Shown: positions 24,700 through 40,257 of the stretch, piece by piece
Layout of the letters: each line of letters begins with the position of its first letter
How positions within the stretch are numbered: position 1 is the first letter of the stretch
Assembly: GCA_964016885.1 (NCBI GenBank)
Contig: OZ024742.1
Span: 72,106,001-72,170,000 of the forward strand
Source: Eledone cirrhosa
Taxonomy: Eukaryota
DNA: 64,000 bases
Reading direction: 5' to 3'
Position numbers and translations under genes: made by a program
Notes under the pieces: model-generated
The model's database searches: none
Seen by the model: only the letters and a program-made list of their open reading frames with translations
What the model was told of the DNA's origin: nothing

Positions 24700-26360
24700 A
24701 TTTTCAAAGTAATAGTAAATAACACCATGTCCAATATTAAAATAACTTTTACATACGGCAGAAAAAATCATGAGAGTTGGGAAGAAGCTTCTTGAGAGAT
24801 ACTCCCTGAATAATGACCCAAAATACACACTTAGGGAAATTGCACAGCACTATTGCAATGAACCAGCAGATGAAAAGCTGTTTACTTATAAACAGAAAGT
24901 CATACGTGCTATGTTGTCAGAAAGTTTCAAAGTGAGAGTAATACTGACAACCAAAGTAATCAACCTTGGACCAACAGCTCTCACTTTCAAGGATATGCTT
25001 TTGCAATTCAAGAACAGGATATACCAATGAAGTATCTGATACACAAAAGACAGAGAGATGCAGGCAAAACACCTAGATGCAACAATAGATGCAGTCACTC
25101 ACATCATAAGCAGATATTTGAAGATGAATTATCTTATTATAAGGCATGATGTTGCATTATATAATGCAACCCGTAGAAAGGATAGATTCTTCTTCTTCTT
25201 CTTCTTCTTCTTCTTCTTCTTCTTCTTCTTCTTCTTCTTCTTCTTCTTCTTCTTCTTCTTCTTCTTCCGGAGAGGATCGTGGAGGAAGAGTTTTCAAACA
25301 CTTCTTCCAGCGGGTCCTGTCCGAAGTAACTGTCTTTAATTAATCCGGCTGGATCCCCAAACGAGACCAGCCAAGCTGATGGATGTTATCCAACCATGTT
25401 GCTGAGAGTTTACCCCTGTGTCACCTGCCAGTTGGTTTTGCCCATAAAATCTCTCCAGCGATTTTCTCCAGAGACATTCTAACCACATGCCCCTAGTATC
25501 GGAGTTGTGATCTCTGAATTCGGAGAAGTAGCAGCTCTACCTGGAATGACTCTCTGATCTCCGAGCTACGCACTCTATTGAGTAACGTTACTCCCCATTT
25601 CGGCCGCTTGTGTGTGCAATCGTATTCTTTCAGTCATTACCCAAGATTCATGACCATATGTTAGGGTTGGCACGAATACCGAATTGAAGATAGTGACGTT
25701 GGCTTTTACACCTACCTCTCCTTTTCTGATTACCGAATGCAGGAGCTGGCACATTACTGTACCAGCTCTTGCAATTCTTGCACTTAATTTAGCCTCTTGC
25801 CTTCCATTATTTGTGAACACAACCACGAAATATTTGAACTTCTCTACCTGCTTCAGTGGAACTCCATTCACATGTAGAGTGCACTGCGCTGGCTTCCTTG
25901 AGAGAAGGAGAGTTTCAGTCTTAGCAGCACTGATTTTCATTCTAGCCATGCAGCACTTGGCATGAAACCTATCAAGCGCATGTCGGAGGATAGAGTTGAA
26001 GATAAAAAAGTTACATACATAATATGAAAGAGTACTAGGGGAATATTTCAGTCAAAACTCCAATAAAATTGGACAGAGAAATGAAGGTGTGCACATTAGT
26101 GGAAATCAGCTGCTCACTAGATGTTAATACTGTGTTAAAACTAATGGAAAGGAGAATATTTATGCCAAACTAATGAGGAAGCTAAAGATACTCAACCCTG
26201 ATTATACCTTTAAATTTGTACATGTGGTCATTACTAACTATCTCAGCACAAATCTTAAGAAGCTAGGCTCCAAAAAGAACATGGCAAATTAGAAAATTAC
26301 AAGTACTATAATTAAAAATAAATGTTCAAGTATGTAAAACATTCCAGAAATTTAGCATAT
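24700..26360 (+). mobile_element. Old R4/NeSL-like (RLE) retrotransposon remnant interrupted by an RTE insertion
   Basis: VTHIISR...RHDV before the insert; DREMKVCTLVEISCSLDVN...ENIYAKL...FVHVVI after it. Confidence 0.65.
25187..25986 (-). mobile_element. RTE LINE 3' fragment with (GAA)n tail and 8 bp TSD
   Basis: KQVEKFKY...PTLTYGHESW; (TTC)n at 25187-25267; aggataga at 25179-25186 and 25987-25994. Confidence 0.9.
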
Positions 26361-26398
26361 AGCGACTGCATATATTCACCTATCTTCAACGCTAGCAT

Positions 26399-26493
<95 letters not shown>

Positions 26494-27390
26494 AATATAT
26501 AACTCAAACCATAGAGATCTACATATGCAATGACTTCCATATTTGCACACACATACAAACACATAAAAACATGCTTAATTATCTAGTTGATGTTTAAATT
26601 CCAATGAAAGAGTCTTGTTTCTGTGTTATAAACTCTCTCTTTCTCCTCTCTCTTGGTGAGGAATAAAAAAATAAAACAACAATAAAACTAGAAGAACATA
26701 CATACAAGTTAAGTTAAACATGTTTCCCAGTGTGACATGAGTTACTCAATGTAATGAAATAGGTTATAACTTGTAAGAGATTCTATAAATAAATAATCTA
26801 CACACTCTACATTCGATTGTGTATTGAATCCTCTTCTAAATAGTGGATATGTGAAACACTTTAGTAAATAATCCCAATAACACACACACAGACGTGCGTA
26901 CACACACACACACTATACGCACACATGTATTCATACATATATGCATACGAACATATAGATGCATATACTTACACACATATAAACATGTGCAATTACAGTA
27001 ATTACAACTGATATATGTATGTGTGCTTATGCTTGTATATATATATATATGTCTGTTTATACATGCTGCTTGTACATGTACATATGCATATACACACCTA
27101 TGTACATGTACAAGCATGTAAAAACAGACCTATATATATACAAGCATAAGCACACATACATATATCAGTTGTAATTACTGCTACACTCTCAAACACTTTA
27201 TACATATATACTATGTGCCTGTGTGTCAATTTCTAAAATCGTTAAATAATGATGTAATTTAATACATAGTATATATCAGTGATTCAGTTTTGCTTGCATC
27301 ATCTACTATTAAAGGAAATCAGGTAAATCTATATCAGGGTTGGGCAACATTTATACAAACCAAACAGAGATGAATTTCAGATGTCTCTCA

Positions 27391-27490
<100 letters not shown>

Positions 27491-27741
27491 GTATATATAT
27501 ATATATTCAGGTTTGAGGTTCACCACTGGATAGAGCTGGTCAATTCCGTATGGTCAATCTCAATGTAATAATATGGAGAGTACTCAACGTAAAGCAGTTC
27601 AACCGTCTTTGTTTTTGTAGTTGGTGGTGCTATTACGGAGTTAAATATTATAGTGAAATGACAGGAGGCTGGATTTGTGTAAATCCTTGAAAGGTTTATT
27701 ATACTATGATCATTTCAATGACCGGGTTCCGTATGAATCCG

Positions 27742-27811
<70 letters not shown>

Positions 27812-27844
27812 CATACTTATATATGTATATACATATATATATAT

Positions 27845-29237
27845 TGTGAAAGCTGTACAAGCCATGTATAGAGGAGCAGTCAGCAAAGTTAAGATTAACA
27901 ATGACTATAGCGAGGAATTTAGCATACAGGTCGGTGTCCACCATAGCTCTGTTCTTAGCCCTCTCCTGTTTATTATAGTATTGCAGGCTATAACAGAGGA
28001 GTTTAAAACTGGATGCCCATCGGAAATCCTGTATGTGGATGATCTTACATTTATAGCTGAATCTATGGTGGAACTAAAGAAGAAATTACAAACCTGGAAG
28101 CAGGGACTAAAAAGAAAGGGTCTCAAAGTCAACCTGACAAAGACTAAGGTCCTCATAAGTAAACGAGAAAACAGAACCCAGATCCCCTCAGGGAAATGGC
28201 CTTGGTCAGTATATAGGAAAGGTGTTGGTAGGAATTCCATCCTCTGCCCCAAATACAAACAATGGGTACACAAGAGATGTAGTGGGATCTCAGGAAGCTT
28301 AGCTAAGAATGTAGGCTTTACATGTAGCAGCTGCACCAGGACAGTAAGCAGCAAACGGCCACAGGAAACAAGTACCACCAAACTCTAGGAGGGCTCTGTA
28401 GAAACAGTAGACAGCTTTTGCTACCTAGGTGACCGAATTAGCAGCGGAGGTGGGTGTTCTGAAAGTACGGTATCCAGGGTAAGAAGTTTAGGGAGCTACT
28501 GCCACTGCTAGCTGTAAAAGGCTTTTCCCTCAAAATTAAAGGCAGACTGTATGATGCGTGCATACGATCAGCAATGTTACATGTTAGTGAGACTTGGGTG
28601 CTGTGTGGAGAAGACTTGCATAGATTAGAAAGAAACGAAGCTTGCATGCTCCAATGGATGTGTTATAGTAATATACGCGAACGTTAAAGCATAAAAAAAT
28701 TGAGAGAGAGACTGAGCATAAGAGGAATCAAATGCTGTGTGCAGGAGAGGCGGTTGTGTTGGTATGGACATGTGATGCATATGAAGGATGACAGCTGCTT
28801 AAAAAGGTGCAGAGCACTAGAAGTCAATGGAAGCCTTGGAGTGGGGAAACCCAAGAAAACCTTGGATGAGGTGATAAAAGCTGACCTTACCCAATTGCAC
28901 CTCTCAAAGGCGATGACACATGACTGTGACCTCTGGCGTCACACAGTAAAACAGAAGAGCCGAATTCCGACGAGTACAAGCCGAAGCTGAAGCAGATAGA
29001 CAATATGCCCCCCACTGCAAAGTGGTCGTGGAGGTGTCACGACAAAAAGCACCCAGCCCACAATGTAGAGTGGACAGAAAAAAAGCACCCAGCACTCACT
29101 GTAAATGAAGTTGGTGTTAGGAAGGGCATCCAGCTGTAGAAAGGAAGCCAAAATCAGTTCCCGTATGAACAAGACAAGGTCACCCGACCGGGTACTGCCC
29201 ACAACAGGACAACCCGTCTAACCCATGCTAGCGTGGG

Positions 29238-29238
<1 letters not shown>
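27845..29238 (+). mobile_element. RTE LINE 3' fragment (octopus-type, with Cys-rich insert)
   Basis: GVHHSSVLSPLLF...LYVDD...QWVHKRC; RTE 3' UTR. Confidence 0.9.
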
Positions 29239-29291
<53 letters not shown>

Positions 29292-29483
29292 TATATATAT
29301 ATATCCAATCTCCCACGCTAGCATGGGTTAGACGGGTTGTCCTGTTGTGGGCAGTACCCGGTCGGGTGACCTTGTCTTGCTCATACGGGAACTATATATA
29401 TATACTTAAGGTAAATATTGATGCAATTCAATTCAATCACTCAACGTACTTTTTCCACATAGGAGTGACGGAGTATATATATA

Positions 29484-29685
29484 TAGAAGTAGTTCCACAA
29501 CAAACAGTTAGTTCACCATACCGAGAACACATGTTGCATCTTATGCGGATCCTCAGCTCGCATAAAGTGAAACATTTGTTCTCGGTATGGTGAACTAACT
29601 GTTGTGGAACTACTTCTACCAAACTCGTCCCATGGACTGAGTGCTCTACTACTATGGATATAACCCTCCAGTGTTCTACTATTAT
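29484..29685 (+). mobile_element. PLE mini-element: fold-back palindrome (29484-29618) plus tail
   Basis: Inverted arms around ttatgcg...cgcataa; GAAA-catttg-TT at 29569; GAGTGCT tail; (TA)n on both sides. Confidence 0.7.
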
Positions 29686-30024
29686 ATATATACATATATA
29701 TAAAAGTTTAGATGAGTTGATAATACAACCGTATAAAGACAAAGAATATTTTAAAGCTCAATGAGATTTTATAATTCCAGCAAGATAGGTAAGAAACAGT
29801 TCAGAGTTTAACGCAATCGGTAAATTTCCAATCACAGGTAGTTTTATAATGTCAGAGAACATATATATAAATGAATAAAAAAAGTAGCCAGGATTTAAAT
29901 TAAATTAAATCATTTATTTGATTGATTAATATTTTAATTAAAATAACAGGAATATTCATTCTTGCCATATTAATCTCTTCAGAATCTATTAAATAACATT
30001 AATATTTACCAACAAATGTCCATA

Positions 30025-30075
<51 letters not shown>

Positions 30076-30079
30076 ATTA

Positions 30080-31632
30080 ATAATAAATTTCTTACTCTAC
30101 GACTCCTAACCTTGCACATAACATCACAGCTTCAAATTTAGCTAAACTACCTAGCCGTAGGAACACGTGCAACCCTGTAGTTAGTACTAACTGTAACTGT
30201 AGGAATCGGGCTGATTGTCCTCTATCCGGGAAATGCCTCTCTAGTAACATTGTCTACAAATGTAAGGTTGTAACACCCACGTCCCGTAGGGCCTACATAG
30301 GGTTAACCGCCAATAGTTTCAAGCAGCGTCTTTACATGCATACCCATTCTTTTCGTTACCCTCTAAGAAGGAATATGACGTCACTTTCAGCTTATATCTG
30401 GAGTCTAAAAGACAACCACACCCAATATAAGTTACACTGGGAGATCCTAGCTAGAGCTAGATCGTATAACGGAAATAAAAGACCATGTGACCTCTGCGCC
30501 GCTGAGGTCCTGGAAATACTCTACGCCACAGACCACATCTTAAACAAAAAATCTGAGGCAATTTCGGCTTGTAAACATAAATTGTACAAAACTTTCCTGT
30601 ATTACATCCCCACGTTATACCCTAACGGATAGCACGATCTATACGTGGATATTTTACGTCTTGATGTGGGAGCTAAGTATATGTTTTGTTTATTCCTTTA
30701 CTTATTTGCATAGGTAAGTATGTATTACCCGTATGTTTTGTGAAGGTATGTATACCTTCTCGTACGTATATTTGACTGTTATGGCGTATAATTTTTACAT
30801 ATTCTGGTATTTAGGGTTTGGCTATGTGTATACGGGAGTTTTGCGTCTGCGTGAGTATGCAGGTTCGTACGTATGGTGGGTGTGTGTATATGTGTACTTC
30901 TTGTTTTAGTTGACTTACGTCTCGGAACATTCGTGTATTATTTGTAGGTATGTGTGTGCGGTTGTTATATACGTATTTATTTACTTATATACGTTTATAT
31001 AATTATTTATTTATTTGTACACAAGCATACACACACACACATATTTATATGTGCGTGGTTTTGTATACCTATGGTAAGGTTTTGCGTATGCTTGTGTATG
31101 TACGTATCTGTTTGCGTGTATGTATTTATTTGTTTCTATTACTTGTGTATTGTATTTATTTACATTGTTCTTAACTCTGTAGCGGAGATTCATTTGGTCT
31201 CCTAGTTAGAATTTTAGTCTACAACTTCTGCTATACCCTTTACGTGGTTTTGTCTTTGCGTGCTATTGTTCTCCACGCTCCACATATGACTTATTATCTT
31301 CGTTTTTTCGTTCATTGCCAGAGAACGTCTCTATGCACCACCTAAGAGAACATTAGTCTACGACCTCTTTTATACCATAAACGTGGTTCTGTCTTTGCGC
31401 GTAATTGTTTTTCACCGCTCCTATTAATGACGTATTATTCGTTTTTTCCCGTTCTTTGCCAGCGAACGTTTCCACGAACCAAAGTATCGTCTTCCTGTCT
31501 TCCTCCGGTTGCAACGTTTTTTGAAATATCCAGTTCTGCGTTTACAGATTGACTTTGTTAGTTTCAGAAGATCCCGTTAAGGGTGAAAGCAGCGATTCTT
31601 TGCTTAAACTTTAATCTGTTATTTTAATAAAT
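30080..31632 (+). mobile_element. 5'-truncated Naiad-type PLE (Zn motif plus GIY-YIG to 30632, long 3' region, HHR)
   Basis: CNCRNRADCPLSGKCL, NIVYKC...YIGLT, CDLC...E, ACKHK; ~140 bp tandem duplication at 31215-31480; in (TA)n. Confidence 0.88.
31560..31610 (+). ncRNA. Type I HHR with variant core CAGAAGA
   Basis: agttt-CAGAAGA-t ccc gttaa ggg t-GAAA-gca..tgc-TT-aaact; second copy at 37986-38036. Confidence 0.7.
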
Positions 31633-31635
31633 ATA

Positions 31636-31720
<85 letters not shown>

Positions 31721-31789
31721 TCATCATCATCATCGATTAACGTCCATATATATATATATAAATTTATATAATATATATATATATATCAC

Positions 31790-32705
31790 CATTATTTCAC
31801 GCCCGCTTTTCCTTGCATGCAAGGCTGTGATGGGTCCTTTTCAGCACAGAATCTCTCCTTTCGTCACGGTCCTTCACCATCTCCTCTGTGAGCTTCAGCG
31901 ATCTGAGGTCAGCTCTCACCACCTCCGCCCATGTTTTTTGTTGTCTTCCTTTACAGCATCTTCCTTCCACCGGGATTTCTTAGCACTTTTTCACCCAGCA
32001 GTCATCTTCCATGCGCATCACATGTCCATACCAACGCAGTCTTCTCTCCTGCACACTACAGTTTATCCCTCTTATCCACAGTTTCACACTCAACTCGTCT
32101 ATGCTTGGTCATTCACGCACATTGACATTACACATTCATCGGAGCATGCTTGCTTTATTTCTCTACAGCCGTCGCATATCATCTGCAGTTGCTGCCCATG
32201 TCTCACTATCATACAGCATCGTGCATCTCCCACAGGCATCATATAACCGACCTTTCGTTCGTAGGGAGAAACCCTTCGTTGTCAACAGAGGAAGCAGCTT
32301 CTTAAGCTTCTTCCATCCTGTCCCTATTCTAGATACTATGGCCTCAGAGCATCCTCCTTCCTTGCTAATCTGATCACCAAGGTATCAGAAGTTATCGACC
32401 ACCTCTATAGAACCTACCTGCATTTGAAAAATGTGCCTATCACTGACACTTCTACTATCAAATTTCCCTGAACATCTACTGCATATGAAGTTTTCCCTTC
32501 CTGTTAGGTTACCTGCTATACCTCTTGTGTACCCAAGATCTGCATTGTCTACATTCTATAGAGTTTATGCCAACTCTTTTTCTACATATTGAACATGGCC
32601 ATTTCCCTGGTGGAATCAGAGTTTTGTCCTCTTTCCTACTTATCAACACTTTAGTCTTTGCTAGGTTCATTCTCAGTCCTCTTGATCCAACTGCTGTTTC
32701 CATAG
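31790..32705 (-). mobile_element. RTE LINE 3' fragment
   Basis: Homologous to 27845-29238 (GKWPCSICRK...WVHKR). Confidence 0.9.
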
Positions 32706-32749
32706 CCAGAATTTATGAGCACAACAGACAAGTATATATATATATATAC

Positions 32750-33330
32750 CATTTAAGTTAGTTAGAATACAAATGGGTAGAACTGGTGGCTCTGATAGGT
32801 AAACCATGATGTAACAAATCAATCAAAGTACTCAACGTTATGCAAGTCATCCATCATAGATGCGGTGTCCAGTAGTTGGTGCAAGAACAGAAGGTCAGTC
32901 TGGAAAATTAGCTTTAAAATTTTAATTCCACGAAATCATAGAATTAAAATTTTAAAGCACATTTTTCAGACTGGCCTTTTGTTGTTGTTTAATGAATCAT
33001 CATCATCATATATGTATATATATACCATTTATGCTGTGTGTTTTACCAGTGGATAGAACTGGTCATTCTAGTTAGTAAACCACGATGTATTAGTAAGAAA
33101 AGCACTCTACGTATTGCAACTCATCTATCGTAGATGTTGAATCCCATGGTTGGTGCAGGAACAGAGTTAAATATCTATTTATAACATCAGAAGGCCGAAC
33201 TGGAAATATCCTTTTCAAGTTGCAAAAAAACACTATACATATTTCAATATCTAAGTTACACCATCCGATCATGACGCGACACCTTGGCGACATCATCAGG
33301 TGCAGATTGCATAATTAGTTAATCACTGAA
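32750..33330 (-). mobile_element. Two related PLE pLTR tails: first with fold-back (32883-32985), second with HHR (33231-33302)
   Basis: Tails similar to each other and to 27507-27720; cac-CTGATGA-long stem II-GAAA-tatgta-TA-gtg. Confidence 0.6.
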
Positions 33331-34369
33331 AGGAATTATGGCAAACACAAACAGAGAATATACTTGATCCAGAGATGGCTCATGAAATTTGGTGTTATTG
33401 TTAGGGCTAACCATCTCTGAATAACACACTCATCAATGTTTAGCATTGTCGATTTGGTAGGCACAATCAAGGAGGTGGGAGTTGTTTGGTGGCAACAGAA
33501 ATTCTGCTGTTCATAGATAAAGCCATGCTGTTAATCAAAAACAAATGCTCTGCTGCTACAAAGTTTAGGGTTACTAAACTGTGTCATTAGAGCCTTACCA
33601 AAAACCAGCATAGCGTGACAGTAAAGAAAATTAAAGGAGATGAGTGGTATAAAAGTATAAAAATTATAAAAGTAGTGTCGTATGTTACATTAAATAAGAA
33701 AAATTAATTACGGAAAATACATTAAGAAGAACTGACGTAATAACCCTCCTCATCACTGCAAAATCCAAAAACAATATACCAGTATATTCAAATATTGAAG
33801 AAAGGGAAATTAATTAATTAATTCCAAGAACTCAAGGGATGGAAATAAAATTTAGTATAACTCGAAGAGCTATCAGATCGTCAGTCTATGGTGTAGCACT
33901 TGCCGGATAGTGTTAATACTAGTAGTGTTAATGATAATTGTTTCTACTTTTGGCACAAGGCCATCAATTACCCAGTACATTACTGGTACTTTATTTTATC
34001 GACCCCGTAAGGATGTAATGATAATGGTGATAAAATTACGTAGTATGGATAAAAATATGCAAGTACATAGTTGAAGGTAAAATTGAAGATAAAGAGTTAA
34101 ATCAGTAGCTAGTATTGAGTTGAATGGGTCACTTAATATCAGATTACATATAGAATATAGAATTATAAAACTATATACTATGAAATAAAATATGTAAAAT
34201 ATAAAAATATAGAAAAGTAGATTGTAGATTAAGTGTAAAATGTATAAGATAAAATACGAAAAATACAGAAAATATAAAAATATAGAAAGTTGGTTGTAGA
34301 TTAAGTGTAAAATTTTATAAATCAGCTAGTCTCATTACTTTTATTTTATTTATCTATGACTTCTTATAT

Positions 34370-34870
34370 TTTCAAACCTACGAATTTTTGGTAATCCATA
34401 GAAGTTGCTTTGCCTAACTTCAAAGTTGCATAAATAGTCAATTTCTCTACCAATAAAAGAGTGTGGGTTTTGTTTGATTAACGATTTAATTTTGTTTAGT
34501 GTTGTTTTGTCTCGATTTCATGTTTCTTCCTAGCAGTAATTTTTGTCTGTTAATTGTTCTAGTATTTCATTTTTGTAAAAATGCTTATCCCCAATGACAA
34601 TTGCCTCACCTTTGTCAACTCCCTTTAGAATAACTGAATTGTTGATTTTTCAATGCTGTGGTTTTGTTTGAGTTTATGCATACTAATGGGGAATTGAGAA
34701 ATTGTGTCAGTATAGGTTTCTCTAAATGTTCTTCTCTCCTCAATTGCAAGGGAGAAATATTTTATAAAGAAATTCACCCCAAAACCAAGCCATTTCAGCT
34801 CTACTTAAAAGGATGCAAAAATACAGATAGTAAACTTTCAGTTTGGCTAGCCTTTTAATAACAACTAAAT
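34370..34870 (-). mobile_element. PLE reverse-transcriptase N-terminal remnant
   Basis: ILKGVDKGEAIVI and NFYGLPKI motifs on the minus strand. Confidence 0.7.
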
Positions 34871-34977
34871 TTATATCCTGTAGTCTCGTGAAAGACAAAA
34901 CCACTAGATCCAAATTTTAAATGTTTTATTATTACATTTTTTACTCCAAATATAAACAGTGTTTTACTACTTCTAAC

Positions 34978-35103
<126 letters not shown>

Positions 35104-35104
35104 A

Positions 35105-36884
<1,780 letters not shown>

Positions 36885-36892
<8 letters not shown>

Positions 36893-37765
36893 TGAGGATG
36901 TCTGTGTGTGTGTGTGTGTGTAAGTTTGAATCCCTAAAACTCGAGAACCACCCAACCGACTGTTTTCAAACTTTACACATGTAATACTTATGTTTCAGGG
37001 AGTGTTCTGAGCAAAAACAATTCAAATTTTCAATGCCCTAGGGACCACGTTAGGCGATTTAGCGATCTCTCTCTATAATTCTTAGTCTTTCTCTTTTTAG
37101 ATAGATACATACATATAACGCGCGCCCTTATAATATCTGTCTGTATGTCTGGCTGTCTGCATTACGTCACTTCCTTGAGGATGTCCGTCTCTGTGTGTGT
37201 GTCTGTGAGTTTGAATCCCTAAAACTCGAGAAGTACCCAACCGATTTTTTTCAAACTTTACATGTGTATTACTTGTTTCAGGGAGTGTTATGCACATAAA
37301 AATTCAACTTTTTTATTTCCTAGGGCCCGTATTAGGTGAAAAACTGCATTTAAAAAGCTTTTTAGGTTTTTTTAGGCGTTACGTCAGACCGATTTCCTTG
37401 AAATTGTAACTATGTATTAGTCATTCTCTTCTTCATACCGTGAGCAAAGAAAATCCAACGTTTTATGGCCTAGGGCTCGCATTAGGTGAAAAACTGTTTA
37501 GGGCTTTTTGGAAGCGTTACGTGTAGCCGATTTTCCCGAAATTTCAAGGCATATTATGCACATAAAAAAAATTCATTTTCTTATTCCTCTAGGGCCCGCA
37601 TTAGGTGAAAACCTGCATTTTTCCTGCTTCATCGAGGAAAATCTTAAAGATTATCCAGCCATCAGAGTACATATGGTCCAGGCATGCAGTTTTTCCACGA
37701 TTAGGTCTGTTGGCGGCCCGCCTTCCAAAATACCTTATCCCATGCAACGCCGGGTACCACTGCTA

Positions 37766-37766
<1 letters not shown>
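36885..37766 (+). mobile_element. Non-autonomous Helitron/DINE-like element with internal duplications
   Basis: 5' tataaaa + (GT)n + ccgatttt..caaactt block (duplicated); repeated ctagggcccg.attaggtgaaaa; 3' gcaacgccgggtacc actgCTAG|T. Confidence 0.75.
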
Positions 37767-37836
<70 letters not shown>

Positions 37837-37840
<4 letters not shown>

Positions 37841-38057
37841 AGTGGTATATAATGACGTATTATATTCGTTTTTCCCGTTCTTTGCCAGGGAACGTTTCCA
37901 CGAACCAAAGTATCGTCTTCCTGTCTTCCTCCGGTTGCAACGTTTTTTGAAATATTCACTTCTGCGTTCACAGATTGACTTTGTTAGTTTCAGAAGATCC
38001 CGTTAAGGGTGAAAGCACCGATTCTTTGCTTGAACTTTAATCTGTTATTTTAATAAA
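37837..38057 (+). mobile_element. Solo pLTR of the 30080 Naiad family, with HHR at 37986-38036
   Basis: Highly similar to ~31425-31632; in (TA)n. Confidence 0.85.
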
Positions 38058-39300
38058 TATATATATATATATATATATACGATATATTAACAAATGGAAA
38101 CTATATTTATAAAACCATATTTATTTCACTATACATATTTCAAGGACACCAAGTTAAATTATGGTGTGCTTTCATCGGATAAAATATAATATAGAGCAGT
38201 TTTATAAATAAATATTGACATACCCTTAAAGAATGCGATCATTTCTGTTGGAAGCTCCTGGATAGTGGGGTTATACATTTATTTATACTATTATGTAAAT
38301 TAGTTTCGGATATTTTTAAATCAGAGTAGATTTAAATAAGTCGTTGGGTTATGGAGAAAGAGAGAGAGAGAAACAAAAAAGAGAGATAGAAAAAAGAGAA
38401 AAAAGAGAAAAAAGAGCAAACTTTAAGAGGAAAATAAGAAAAATAAGAAAAGGAGAAAGAGAAGAAAAAAAAGAGAAACGAGAAAGCGAAAGCTCTAAGT
38501 GATAGGTTGTTGTATTACCTTAACTTTTGAGATGAAGTGAAAGAATAAATATTTAATGGATGAATAGAGAAGTTTAAATAAGCGTGAATGGAAAATAGAT
38601 AATTAATAGGAGAATTTAACCATTGTTTAAATATGATTAAATGTTTAGTTTATCAATTAAATTATTGAGATCTATACATTAAAAAATTGATATCTATATA
38701 TTATTAAGAAATCTATATATTATTAAGACTATATATTATTAAAAAATCTATATATTATTAAAAGAATATATTCATATATATATACATACGCACACATAGA
38801 TATATATACATATAAATATATATATACATACACCTACATATAGATACATATACATACAAACAATAAAGGATTTTTTAAGTTAAGATATAGGAATTTTCAT
38901 AAACTAATAGATTTTTCGGAGAAAATCTGAGAAAAAAGAGAAAACATTTCTATGTAATATCGAAACAGCGTGAAGGAAATTAAGTTATTTACTTATATTA
39001 AATGTTACCAATGTTAAGATAGTAAAGGAAAATTTTAGGTTATACAAACCTTGTGTTATTATACAAATTTATTTTAATATAAGTTTTATATCTAATAAAC
39101 CCACCTGTTATGTAGTTGTGACTGTTATCATATAAGTTTGTTTATCATGAACCTTAAGAAAATCCTTATAAACGCGTGCATTCGAATTGTATGCATATAT
39201 ATATACACACAATCCCCACATCGATACACATATATATACTAGACATAGTATAGTAAGACGTACTTACACATACAGGTAGATACGCATCACACATATATAT

Positions 39301-40257
39301 ACTAGACATGAAAAATGCGCAAGCTCAAAAGTGCCACAGAATGTTATAATAAACCTTCAAAAGTGTGGGACTAGAGTTGTTGCTAAAAAATATTGTAATC
39401 ATTATATATCGTACATTCTGTGGCATCCTTTATAAAAATAGCTTAAACCAACGAAGCCTTTATTTTTACGCTATTTCACTTAGTTAATTCTTAGAGTGTA
39501 ACATATAAAAATATGATTTACAACTATAAAATAAATTAATTAATATAATAACAGAGCTGCGGAGCTGAAATTTAGGAAATAATGGAGTATCGGATCCTGA
39601 GTTGGAGCCAGTCAATTTTTGACCGACTCCGCAGCCCTGTATAATACATTTCATATTAAAGTTATTAATAAACCTATTTTACACTTCATGCAAATTACCA
39701 CGAGATATTGATATTAGATATAAGATACAGCGCAATATCTACAGCTGTAAAAGTACGAAAGCGAAGTAATAATAAGTGGCTTAAGGTAATTCCAATATGA
39801 AAGTTTGTAGTGATAAAAATTTGATAATGCAATACGATTGTTAATATTATAGTTCTATGAAAATGTAACAATAGATAACTAAATTATTTTACTATTAGTA
39901 TATTTAAGAAATTATCATTATAGATTTGATCGTTCATATAAGCATCATATTAAGTTTCAACACAATTATTTTGTTACTATGAGTATATGATAATAATATT
40001 ACGTAATTATTTATAGCTGTTATTACATTAAACATAGATGTATTTATTTTTATATGTTACACTCTAAGAATTAACTAAGTGAAATAGCGTAAAAATAAAG
40101 GCTTCGTTGGTTTAAGCTATTTTTATAAAGGATGCCACAGAATGTACGATATATAATGATTACAATATTTTTTAGCAACAACTCTAGTCCCACACTTTTG
40201 AAGGTTTATTATAACATTCTGTGGCACTTTTGAGCTTGCGCATTTTTCATGTCTAGT
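39301..40257. repeat. Perfect 213 bp inverted repeat pair (39301-39513 / 40045-40257) with 531 bp spacer
   Basis: Manual base-by-base comparison found no mismatch. Confidence 0.95.
39552..39639. mobile_element. 88 bp hAT-type MITE
   Basis: TIRs cagagctgcggag / ctccgcagccctg; TSD tataataa / tataatac (7 of 8 match). Confidence 0.75.
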
